From an uncultured virus (IMG/VR IMGVR_UViG_2778261562_000001) (Duplodnaviria > Heunggongvirae > Uroviricota > Caudoviricetes), in the IMG/VR virus record IMGVR_UViG_2778261562_000001: DNA of 64,000 nt. One strand, given 5' to 3'. Below the pieces are notes generated by a model, which saw nothing but the letters and a program-made list of their open reading frames with translations, searched no databases and was not told the DNA's origin. A program made the position numbers and the translations under genes. Positions 38,031-50,200 of this stretch are shown here, piece by piece (within the stretch, counting starts at the first letter, position 1; every line of letters begins with the position of its first letter).

Positions 38031-38675
38031 ATGTTAGAAGGTATTGATAGAGTTTCTAAGTATTTAAATTCAGAAGGCTATTTAAAGCTATTAAAAAAGA
38101 ATTATTCAAATCCTAATAAAGTACAAAAAACTAGATTAAGAAATATAGAAAGAGTTCCTATTTATGATTCAGATGATATAAATGGAGGAGCTTATTATTC
38201 AAAACAACATCCTGACAATCCTGAAAATAGAATAGAACTTCCTAAGTATGGAAATAAGGATATTGTTGAACACGAATTTTTACATGCTGCTACAGATGGT
38301 CAATATGGTATGAGTAGTTTAGAAAGAGAAAGGATTTCTAAAAGACTTAAACCTGATTCAAATAGGTCTCATTATATAGAAGCAGGTTTAACTCCTTATT
38401 ACGAAAGACCTGAAGAGTTTCAAGCTAGATTAGGTGTTACTAGAATGTTATTACAAGAAAATGGTCTTTATGATTTTAATAAAGAAGAATTTACTAAAGA
38501 ACATTTAGATAAATTAAAATCTAGTATGAAAAATAATCCTGATAGATGGAATATTCAAGGATTATATGATGTATTAGATATGTCAAAGAGTGATGAAGAT
38601 TTAATTTGGTTAATGAATAATATTGCAGCTAATACCAAATCTAATAAAGCTAAAACAAGAACTTATTTAACTTAA
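38031..38675 (+). CDS. Zincin-like metalloprotease domain (probably expressed as a frameshift extension)
   Basis: HEFLH at 38271-38285 and downstream EEFQARL third-ligand motif. Confidence 0.7.
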   Translation: MLEGIDRVSKYLNSEGYLKLLKKNYSNPNKVQKTRLRNIERVPIYDSDDINGGAYYSKQHPDNPENRIELPKYGNKDIVEHEFLHAATDGQYGMSSLERERISKRLKPDSNRSHYIEAGLTPYYERPEEFQARLGVTRMLLQENGLYDFNKEEFTKEHLDKLKSSMKNNPDRWNIQGLYDVLDMSKSDEDLIWLMNNIAANTKSNKAKTRTYLT

Positions 38676-38679
38676 TACT

Positions 38680-41265
38680 ATGTTTGGTGATTTAACATAC
38701 AATAATAAAGTAATAGCTCCTATTGGTGACCCTACCGAGGAGCTTGCTGCTTTATATAAGAAAAAAGACGAAGATTATAATTATGTAGTAGATACTACAA
38801 ATGCATTGGAAAATGCTTTAGCTAATTTCAAAAGTAGAGATATTGACAGACCTATAGTTGAACAAGCTAAAGATAAACTTCGTCAAACAGTTAAAGGTTT
38901 TACTGAACAAGGTGATTTAGAAAACAGAATTTTAGATACTAAACGTCTTGCTCAAGATATTACTAATAACTACGGTTTAAATGCTGTTAAAGAATCTTAT
39001 GAAAAACAGCAACAGTATGTTAATGAACTTAAAGAACGTGTAGGTAAAGATGCCAAAGATGGTGGTATATCTATGAAAGATTACAATCGTGCTTTACAGG
39101 ATATGATGATGAATCAAAAAGCTGTTAGTAAAGACGAGTTTGGTTCTTATATGCCTGAGAGTTACGGTAGAAGAGTTCTTAACAATTATAACTTCTCTGA
39201 TAGAATAGCTGAACGTTTAAAAGGATTTAAAGCTAATGAAACTCCTTTATATAAGAACGGTCAACTTATTGTTAGAGACCCTGGTGGTAGTGGTTATATG
39301 GTTAGTGGTACTCAAGAATCTGTTAGTGAAGAAGAACTTATTCATTATGCTAGTGCATCATTAATGAATGACCCTGATTTTATTGATAGAATTGATGAAG
39401 AACTCTATTATGAAACTAGAGACAAATTACGTTCTCCCGATGGAGAGAATAGGGAGTTAGATATAAATGACGTTACTAGAAGATTCAATCCTACTACTGT
39501 TAGTAGGTTTGTAAAAGAGAAGTACAATGAAGAAGATTTACAAAGTCTTGTAGACCAATATGGTGAAGGTGCTGTAAGTAATCGTTTATACCGTGATTTA
39601 CTTACTTACGAAATGACCAATAAAGCTATTGAATTTGGTGTAGGTAAAGAATCTTACGTTAAGTATAAAAATCAGTATCATAAAGATTGGAAGCTTCAAG
39701 ATGCTATGAAACAAGCTAGAGAAAAGACTGACGCTTTCAATAGTGGTCTTACTATGACTTATTATACTAAAGATAATTTGTCTACAGATGATATTACTAA
39801 AAGTGCTAAGGTCTTTTCAGATGCTAAGAAACGTGTAGAAACTCTTAAAGCTGAACAGAATAAAGTACGTGCTAATGGTGATATACAATCTGTTAAAAAT
39901 ATTCAAAATGAAATTGATAAAGCTACTAGAGAGATTAATATCTTACAATCTAAGAGTAAGTCTAAAATCTTCAATCAAGACGAAATTAGGAATCAAATTT
40001 CTAGTACTGTTAAAAACCTTAATAATGTTATTAGTCATGTTAGTGCCGGAAATCAAGCTCCTAAAATACAAGGTTTAGATATTAACGAAGGTGTATTAGA
40101 AGATTTAGTTATGGCTAGTTATGCAGGTGAAATAACTAATGAGGACACTTCTAAATATGTTAATATTGATAGAGATAAATTTATGTTAGAAATGGCTGCT
40201 GCTAGAATTAACCATCCTGGTGGTTATGATATTAGAGGACAGCAATTAGGTACATTTGGTGTAGCTGATAAAGCTGCTGCTATGAAAGCTATTCAAGAAC
40301 AAGATAGTGACGCTCTTTACAATAGTTTAACTCCTGAAGCTCAAAGAGAGCTTAATCAAAGGTATGATGTTCAAGTTAATCGTAGTGCTGGAGATTTAAG
40401 AAGAGCAGCTCAAACTATTGCTGCTAATATTAAAGACAAAGCAGAAAAAGGTGAATACACCTATAATTCTAATTACAGGGGATATATTGCTCCCGACATG
40501 AGTGCCGAAGAAAGACGTAATCATCCTATGGCTCAATTAGAGCATTTAACATCTTCTTGGATTGATAAAAATAAGAGTTACTATGATATGCTTTATAATC
40601 CATCTAATAAATTAGATGTTAAGACTATGATAGAAGAAGAGCATGGTGTTAGTGATGAAGATGGTGAAATCTTATGGGGAGAAGCTACTTTACAGCCATT
40701 AATTGATAGGATTCCTGATGAAAATGGAAACTATCATAATTCTATGATGTTACAAGTAGATATTAAAACAGGTGATAAAACTACTAAGAGTATAAGTGTT
40801 CCTGTTACTACAGAAGAACCTACTTATAATGCTAAAGCTAATGAAGCTTTATTTGTATTCCGTAATAATCTTGCAGCTAAAGGTGATAAGATTACTTATA
40901 ACGAACAACTCCAATTATCAGATGCAAATATGAATCTATTTAATATGACCGAAGAAGGTCGTATGATAGATTTAATGAATTTAAATGATATGGAAAATGG
41001 AGAAGTTAAAAGAATAGATTTACCTAATGGGAATAGCGGTCTTATAAAAGCATTTGATAAATCTTCACCTACAGGTATGACATTTTATTTAATGCATGAT
41101 AATGGTAATTATTGGGCTGAAGATTCTCAAGGTAACAAAGTTGCTGTTACTGAAGAAGAATTAGCTAGTAGAGAATATACTGCTTTAGGAGCAAATAATC
41201 TTCACGATTTAAAAATGAAGATAGCTAATATAGGTTATAATTCAGGAGCATTTACTAATAACTAA
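38680..41265 (+). CDS. Large helical virion cargo protein
   Basis: 861 aa, coiled-coil rich, between the first cargo gene and the RNAP gene. Confidence 0.6.
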   Translation: MFGDLTYNNKVIAPIGDPTEELAALYKKKDEDYNYVVDTTNALENALANFKSRDIDRPIVEQAKDKLRQTVKGFTEQGDLENRILDTKRLAQDITNNYGLNAVKESYEKQQQYVNELKERVGKDAKDGGISMKDYNRALQDMMMNQKAVSKDEFGSYMPESYGRRVLNNYNFSDRIAERLKGFKANETPLYKNGQLIVRDPGGSGYMVSGTQESVSEEELIHYASASLMNDPDFIDRIDEELYYETRDKLRSPDGENRELDINDVTRRFNPTTVSRFVKEKYNEEDLQSLVDQYGEGAVSNRLYRDLLTYEMTNKAIEFGVGKESYVKYKNQYHKDWKLQDAMKQAREKTDAFNSGLTMTYYTKDNLSTDDITKSAKVFSDAKKRVETLKAEQNKVRANGDIQSVKNIQNEIDKATREINILQSKSKSKIFNQDEIRNQISSTVKNLNNVISHVSAGNQAPKIQGLDINEGVLEDLVMASYAGEITNEDTSKYVNIDRDKFMLEMAAARINHPGGYDIRGQQLGTFGVADKAAAMKAIQEQDSDALYNSLTPEAQRELNQRYDVQVNRSAGDLRRAAQTIAANIKDKAEKGEYTYNSNYRGYIAPDMSAEERRNHPMAQLEHLTSSWIDKNKSYYDMLYNPSNKLDVKTMIEEEHGVSDEDGEILWGEATLQPLIDRIPDENGNYHNSMMLQVDIKTGDKTTKSISVPVTTEEPTYNAKANEALFVFRNNLAAKGDKITYNEQLQLSDANMNLFNMTEEGRMIDLMNLNDMENGEVKRIDLPNGNSGLIKAFDKSSPTGMTFYLMHDNGNYWAEDSQGNKVAVTEEELASREYTALGANNLHDLKMKIANIGYNSGAFTNN

Positions 41266-41269
41266 TATA

Positions 41270-44200
41270 ATGAGGAACTTAGACATTAACAAACAAGCAG
41301 CACCTGATGGTAATATCTTTAAGAAAAAAGGTACTAACATTGGTGGGATTGTAAATCCTATTAAGGAAGATGCGTTTCTTGATACAGGAGAAACTAAATA
41401 TGTAAACACTCAAGAGTATAAAGATTATACTCAAACAAGTGGAAGAGGTGAAACTGCTTTTCCTTTTCAATCTGACTACAATCGTTCTAGGGCTTTAAAT
41501 CAATCTAATTGGGAACAATTTGGACATGCTACAGGTAGATTATTACCTAATACTGTTTTAGAAATTGTTAACCAAACTGCTAGTATATTAGATGTTGAAG
41601 ATTATTTTAATGCTGATAATGAAGTTGGTAACTGGTTAAGTACATGGGCCACTGAAGCTAAAGCTGCTGTAGATGAATCTATGCCTATTTATCAAGAAAA
41701 TCCGGGAGAAGCTTTACAAGTTGGAGATTTTGCTTGGTGGATGGAGAATGGTACTAATTTAGTACAAAGTGCATCTGCTTTTGCTGCTTTAGGTTATGCT
41801 ACAGGTGGTGCTAGTTTAGCAGGATTAACTAAAGGTGCTAAAGCTTTAAAATGGTTACAAACTTTAGGTAAAAGCTCTGCTATAGGTAATAAAGGTAAAC
41901 AAGCTGTTCAAGGTCTTAGTGCTTTATCTAATGCTGCTTTATTAAATCATGCTGAAGGTTATGGTATAGGTGTTCAAGTATTTAACGAAACTTATAATAA
42001 ATCTTTAGAACGTCTAGCTCAAGAAGGTGGATTAAGTCCTGAAGAAATGGATACTAAAGCTAGAGAAGAAGCTGCTGCTCGTGCTGAAAGTGCTATGAAT
42101 TTTAATAAGGTAAATATCTTATTAAACTTATCTAGTGCATCTTTATTTTTAAAAGCTCCTAAGCTTACTAGACAATCTTTAACTGCTCCTGCTTTAAGTA
42201 AAAGTTTTAAAAGAGCGGGTATTGAAGGTCTTCAAGAGTCTGCGGAAGAGTCTATTAACATGATTGCTGAAAATCAAGCAATGGATGATGAATATGACTT
42301 TAATACTGCTCTTAATGATGTATTTTCTAAGGAAGGTGCCGAAGCTGCTCTTCTTGGTTTTATCGGGGGTGCTGGACAGACTGGTTTAACATTGTCAGGT
42401 AGAGCATTACCTATATATAGGGATGCTAATGGTAATCGAGTATCTCAAAATGACCAATTGAGAATGCAAGTGGTTGACCAAGAGAAGGCTTTGCAGGATT
42501 GGGATGCAATGAGTAAGGCCGACAAATTTACGTCAGTCACAGACGCTTATTTGAACGCTGAACAGCATGCTAAAAAAATGCAAGAGTTTAGAGAAGCAGA
42601 AGCAAATAATGATACAGCTAAGATGGATAGTATTAAAAAAGATATGCTATTTAATCAAGCTTATAATGCTTTTAATACCGGTACTACTGAACAACTTTTA
42701 GAGGTGTTTCAAGGTATTAGTAAATTAACTCCTGAAGAAGCTGAAGCTAAAGGTTTAGACCCTAAGACTTATAAAAATCAAAGTTCTGATGCTATTAATC
42801 AGATAGAAACTTTAGAAGGTTTTTACAATGAAGCTTCTGCTTATAGAAATAGAGAAGAAGTCTTCTTTACTAAATCTCAATTAGAAAGTGTTAGAGAAAG
42901 AGCTGAGGACTTAAATAGGTTTAAACAAGACTTAGTTCGTATTCAAGAAAAAGAGTTTAATGATTTAGGATTAGACAGGTCTATTAGTTTCTTAGATAAA
43001 GATGGTAATATTGTAGAAAATGCTCAAGAAGATTCTAAAGGTAATATTAGAGGATTAAATGAGGTTAATTCTACTAGAGTAAAATCTTTACCTTCTTATA
43101 AAGCTTTACAATCTATTAATAATGCTATTGAAAATAACTCTGAAAGTAGAGGACAATTAGTTTCAAAGTTATCTCATATTACTTCTTCTGAATATCAAAA
43201 TCAACTTAGGGAAAATAGTAAAAGACGAAAAGTTAGAACTAAAGTAGAATCTAACGAAAATAAGTCTAAAGCTAAAAAAGCTGAAGAAAAAGCAGCTTCT
43301 AAAGCTAAAAAAGCTAACATGAAAAAAGAAGTAGCTCAAACTAAAGCTACTGAAAAAGTTAACACTCCTGAGAAACGTTTTGAAAAATTTGTTGAAGAAC
43401 AACAAAATAAACCTACTCCTAAAGAAACTCCTGTAGCTTCTACAACTAAAGCTGAAGCACCTTTGACTGTATCATTCAGTCCTAATAGAGGTGAAGCCAA
43501 TTCAGAAGGAGCTATTAATGGTATTTTTGAAAAGAGTATTAATGATATTCTTAAATCTAAAGCAAGTAACAGAGAGAAAGCTTCTCAATTAGAGAAAGCT
43601 TTTACTGGTTTTAAAGATAAAATAAATACAGGTATAACTTTTCCTGAAAGTACTGTAAATCAAATGAATTTACAGTTACCTAATATTATTACATCTTTGA
43701 AAGCTAGAGCAGATGAAGATGAAAGAGCTCAAGGTGCTGTAAATGCTGCTAAAGATAAGCTTAAAGAAAAGATAGGTGAATTAAGTGTAGAGTTACTTTC
43801 AGAAGAGCCTGTGTATTCAGATGATGCTGCTCCTTTAAATACTAATAAGGATAAGCAATTAAGGCAAACTGAAATGATGATTGACTTAATTGAAGCTGCT
43901 GATGCTGCTGGTATTGATACAGGTAATTTTAAAGAATTAGCTACTTATGTTAAAGAGATTTTAGGAGAATCTGATTTTTCTAGGATATATCCTAAATTTA
44001 AAGGTTTGTATATTCTAGCATCAGGTAAAGATGTAAATGAGAGTTATGAGACGTTATTTTTAAATCAAGATGAGAAAGCTGAAATATTAGTAGATGATGA
44101 AAAAATCGCTAATTCTGCTTTACCTATTGAGGTTTATAATATATTTGAAGGGGAAATACTAAAAGAATTAGAAGAACAACATAAGAAGTTTATTGCTAGT

Positions 44201-47200
44201 CAAGGTTATTCCTTCTATAAAAATGATTCGTTAGATTTAAGAGGTACTACATGGGAAGAAGGTCATAACCTTATTGCTCATTTAGATATGAAATATAGAA
44301 GGGCCGTTGATGTAGCTACTACAGATAAATTTAATGTTCTTAATTTTAACTTATCTAAACAAGATTTAGATAATAAGTTAAATGAGAACTATGATTCTGC
44401 TATGCTTGATTATAATGAAATTAATGAAGGTAGTGAAGTAACTTTTATTCCATTAGACCAAGTTGTTTATGAAGATGGAAGTATAGCTAGAGCAGATGGT
44501 AGTATAGAGCGTAATGGTGAGGTTACTAAAGGTTCTCCTTTATACAATGCTCCTATTGGTATGATGTATCAAGGTAGAATTGTTAGTGGAGCATTTTTAC
44601 ATTTACCTGACTGGATTAATGCTGATAACCTTAGAGGTGAAAATCTTGCAGAACAGAAACAAGCTCTTATTAAGTATAGACAAAAAATATTAAACTCTCC
44701 TGAAGGTGTTACTACTAGAATTTCTAGAAGAACAGATGGTATTCCTTTAGTAGATAAAGACGGTATTAAGAATAAGACTTCTGAAACAATGGCAGAGGCT
44801 AATATCGCTATTGGTAGAGATAAACAATTCTATACTGATAGTGAGAGTACCGTAGATATAAAGAATTACGAAGCTTATGATGGTAGGGTTTATGCTACTT
44901 TCCCTGTAAATAAAGGGGTGGAGTTCGCAACACCTTTGCAAATGCAGCCATTATCTGAAAATCAAGAGATAGTTGACACTATTAAAAATGCTGTTGAGTT
45001 ATATCTAAATAACAACGCTAATGATTCTAAAGTTAATAGAATTAGAAGTGAAATGGGATTAGATATTACTACTCTTGATGGTCTTAAAAGTTTCTTATCT
45101 AAATTTATCTATGTTGACGGTAGAAGACTTAATAAAGCTACTTTTGAAGATTATGTAAATTCTCTTGAAGATGATAAGCCTATCATTCAGATTACTGACT
45201 ACACCATTAACTTCGGTATCGGGGGAAACTGGGGTAACACTATTACTGTTCTTGATAGGAATAGAATCAATAATACTAATGTTGGTAGGGATGAACGTTC
45301 TTTTATGGTTAAAGACGTTTTAACTAAACTTGAAAAAACTTTAAAAAGAAACATGACGCTTAATGCTGATATGGCTTCTTTAAATGAAAGTTTTAAACTT
45401 CCTACTATTGGTGAACAAGTTACCTTTAAATCTTATAACAATTATAATGATTTTGTTAAAGAACATAGTTATACTTCTAATTATAGTGTAACATTGGATA
45501 ATGGTACTGTTATTTATACAGTACAGCCTAGTTTGTTCTTTGAAATGAATACTATACCTAATATCAAAACTACTGAAGCACCTTCAGAAACTTACGATAA
45601 TTTAGATGAAGAAGATGATTTAGGTATAGAGGAAGATTTGTTAGGAGATTTTGCTCCTAGAGTTCTTACAGAAGGTCAAGAAGAAGCTTTCAATCTTACT
45701 GCTCCTGATAATCTTATTATAGAAGGTGTACCTATCGGTTTACAAGAGGTTATTGCACAGCATGTAAGTAGCATGATTGTTGATAAATATTTAAAAGGAG
45801 ATAAGAATGCTTTTAAATATCTTTACGATTTTAAAGATAGGTTAAGTAAAGATGGTTATGAAAAGAATCCTAATGGTACTGATAAACTGTCTTATTTAAC
45901 TAAAGCTAAACTTCAATTTGAAAAGACTGGTGATAAGAAATATCGTAAGAATATTGAAATTACTCAAGCTGTTATCGATAATTATCCTATACTAGCTCAA
46001 AGAGCAATTGAGAAGTTACAGACTTTAAATAATCTTAAATTTGAAGGTAACGTACTTCAAGTTATTTATGATGAAATTGAAGAAGGTATTGAAACTTTTC
46101 AAGAAGAAGATACTCAAGTAGAGATTTTTGGTAATACTATTGAGTTAGAAGAAGAGGTTATTAATAGAGAGACTTGGAGTTCTGATGCTGTATTTGCTGA
46201 AGACCCTAGAAGTAAGATTAGTATTAAAGTTAAAAATTTACTATCTACTATTAGAGATGTTAATCCTGACACTATTGAAAATACTACACAGGTTTATGGT
46301 ATGGAGAAAATCCTTCCTTTAGATACTGTAGTTAATGATGTTACTTCTGTTTTAGCTTATAACAACTTCACATCTGAAAAAGTATCTGAACCTTCTTTAG
46401 ATGTTATGCTGCAACTTTTAGAGGACGAGAGCATTAGAAAACCTTATTTCAAGAATGTAATCGAGACTTTGAAAAACGCTGATAAACAAGCTCAAAATCA
46501 ATTTGTGAGAGTGATGAGTAAACACTACACCCATCATAAATACGGTTTTAAAATGGGTAATAAAATTGTTTTCAGAAATAGTGATACTAATGGTGTTAAT
46601 AATGTTATTCAAAATAAATGGTTATCTGGTTTATATGCTTCTGATTTAGTAGTTGTAAAAGATAATATAGCTACTATAGATGCCGATGCTTTAGCTAAAG
46701 CAAATGAAATTCGTAATACTATAGTAGAAGAATTAGAAGGAACTTCTCCTGATTATAATAAAGTATCTAAGTTTTTTAATAGTCTAGGTTTAGATATTGA
46801 TTCTAAATTAGCAAAAACTATTAATACTGATGGAGTTATTATTAATAAAAGACGTCAAGTACTTACCAATGTTTTAGATGATAGTGATGGATTTTTAAAT
46901 GTTTATTTAAAGAACTTAAAAGGTTTAGTAGGTAAAGATTTAGAAGAAAATCACCCATTTGAAGATGTAGGAGTTGTAAATGAATTTGCTAGAGGTATAG
47001 CTAGATTGTCTCCTAATTATTATATTAATTCATTTAAAGATGTTAGAGGTAGAACTTATTATGGTTATTCTAATAATAAATTCTTAGTTGATAGATTTAA
47101 GGAATTAAAAACTGATTCTGTTCTTTTAGATGAATTAAGTAAACAACCATTTTCTAAAAACTCATTATTATTAGAACGTCTTAAAAATCCTAATAACCAT

Positions 47201-50200
47201 AAGTATTTTAACTATTATACTATTGATGGTTATAGTTCTATAGGTAGAAAAGGTAGAAAATTTGAAAATCTATCTCCTGCTGAACAAGAAGAATTTAAGA
47301 TTAGTTTATTTTTATCACAGAGTAAATACTCTACTAATAAAAGGTATATAGTTAATACTTTATATCCTACTACTTCAGATAAATCTGTTATGTATGGTTA
47401 TAGTAGTCTAGGTATTGATTTTACAAATGGAGTTGTTAAAGGTCAATTAACTAGACCTTATCTTAAAGCTTTATTTGAAAGAACTGTACAATCTGAAGTA
47501 GATAGAATTTTAGCTTATCAACTTAATCCTGATAAGTATAACTATGCAGGTACTAATATAGGTGCAGGAATGTTTATTTTATTTCCTGAATTAAATACTA
47601 TTAATGAGCTTTGGCATATTGAAAACGGTCAAAGACAGTTAAAAGATTTAAATACTGACATTAGACTTAAAAATTTAGCTATTGATAAATTTGGAGAATT
47701 TGTTAAGACTTTAACTGATGATAAGATTCAAGCATGGAAAAACTTTGGATTTACTGAAGTAGTTCAAGATTTTGGATGGGATGAGACTAGAGGTAATTAT
47801 GTTATTAATAGAACTATTCTTAAATATGCTAGAAAAAATAAGGTAGAAGATACTAAACCTTTAAGTGCTGAAGCTTATAACTATGTAGCTAACTATCTTA
47901 TGGCTAATATGAATATGTATCAACTATTCATAACTGACCCTGCTCATTATTTTAAATCTAAACAGTTTAAAGAGGTTTTAAATAAACTTGAAAAAAGTAA
48001 TCCTGAAGCTTTTGAAGATATTAGTACTATTGAAGATAGTAAACTTCAGAGACAAGCTTTATTAGAGTATTATACAGAGTCAGATTTTATTCAAGAACAT
48101 AACGATACTTTTGATAATATTGGTAAACGTTTAGCTGCTGATGTTGCTCCCGGTACTGATATTCCAGAAGGTCATAAAAGTTATTTTAATATTTATCATG
48201 CTAGTGATATAATTGAATCTTCTGATTTTTATAAAGAGTATGAAAAGATTCTTAAAGATAAAGCTAAAGATTATCAAAGAATCAATGTAGCTGATGCTCA
48301 GGAATATACTACTTTAGAAGAACATCTCAATATTATGGAGATGAATGGTGATATATCTGCTAATGATAAAAGTAGATTATTAAGAGCTGAAGAACTTGAT
48401 AAATTATCTGAAGACGATTTACAATTAGTACTACAACCTATGAAACCACGTTATGTTTATAACAAGTGGAAAAACGGTGTTGAGCGTAGGATTTATATTA
48501 AATCTTCTAGTTTTCCTTTAATTAAACAATTAACTAAAGGACTAAGAATAGACGATTTAAGAAAAGACATGATAGATAAATCTATTGATAGAATTGTCTT
48601 TGATAGTGCTTTAAAAGTAGGTGGACTTGAATCTCCTGCTCCTTTATTTCTTGAAGGTAATTTTGTAGGATTACAAGAATCTGCTATGATGAAAGGTCTT
48701 AGTAGAACAGGTATGAAAATACAGCAGGAAATTCCTACTAAAGATAAATCTACTATTACTAACCCTACACAGTTAGTTGCTCTTATTACTTCTCAAGTAC
48801 GTAATGAGGATGGATTTGAATACTCTGGTCGTTCTTATAAAGGGGAAGCCATAAGTGATATGATTAACGATTATTACTTAGACCTTTACAAAAGAAAATA
48901 TACAGACCTATTAAAAGAATTGGATTTCAATCCTATTGATAGTACTATTAAAATTGATAAAATACAACGTATTTTAAAAGATGAAGGAGTAGCAAGAGGA
49001 TGGTCTTTATATGACCTTAAAGCTCTTGATATAAATGAAAATGATTTTACTGTACCTCTGTGGCAAACAGGTGTTAGTAGTAAAATCGAAAGTATGCTTA
49101 ACTCTATTGTAGATAATAGAATTAGGAAACATAAACCTAGAGGACAATCTTATGTATTAGGTTCTGAAGCTGGTATGGAAATTAAAGAACAAACTAGTGA
49201 AGATTCTGTTACTAAATTAGGTGTTGTTTATGATAATGACTGGTTGAAGAATAGCGGAGGTAAGTTACGTCCTATGCGTGTTACTGATGGTGTAGTTCAA
49301 CCTGCTGAAGTTTTTGCTCCTTTTAAATTCTTTGATAATGCAGGTAATAAGCTTAAATTAAAAGAGTTTACTGCTCCTGACGGAACTATAGATATTTCCA
49401 AGCTTCCTGACGAACTTTTGACCTCTCTAGGATTTCGTATTCCAACCCAAGGGTTAAAGTCGATGGCGTATATCAAAATTGTGGGGTTTTTGCCCGAAGC
49501 ATCCGGCGACCTTTTGATTGCTCCTAAAGAATTTATTGTTCAAATGGGTAGTGATTTCGATATTGATAAGCTTTATGCACTTACTTACAATAGTTCTTAT
49601 GTAGATGGTAAACTTTCTAAATATATTAAAAGCCCTAAAGAAGATGGAGATAGTATTAAAGAAATTGATAATGAATTGTTAGATTTATATCTAAGTGTTC
49701 TTAAAAACCCATCTAGTAAAGTTCAAAAAAGAATTTTAACTCCTTTAGAGTTTGGTAGATTACCTGAATTGGGTAATGAAATTTACGACCAAGTTAAGAA
49801 AGCTAATAAAGGTATTGGTTTAAGTGAAGAGTATCAATTATATAAGTATAACAATGCAAGAGCTGGTAAAGCAGGTATTGGTGTATTTAGTAATGATATG
49901 AGACTTATGGCTACTCTTGTAGGTAGTGGTGTAGAAATGGTTACTAGTAAAGGTAATCAATTTAAATTTAAAATTGGAGATAATTCATCTGTACCTTTAC
50001 ATCAGGATACTACTAATACTGGAAAGTTACTTAAAACAGAGGTTATAGAGTATTTCCAATCGTTAAGTGTTGATAACGAAAATGAGCAAGGTTTACATAA
50101 ACTTAATATTAATAATCATACTTTTGATGCTATTAGAGCTTTAGCTCTTAATGGTTTTGAAGAAGATGTTATTAGTTATGTTATTAACCAACCTATTATT

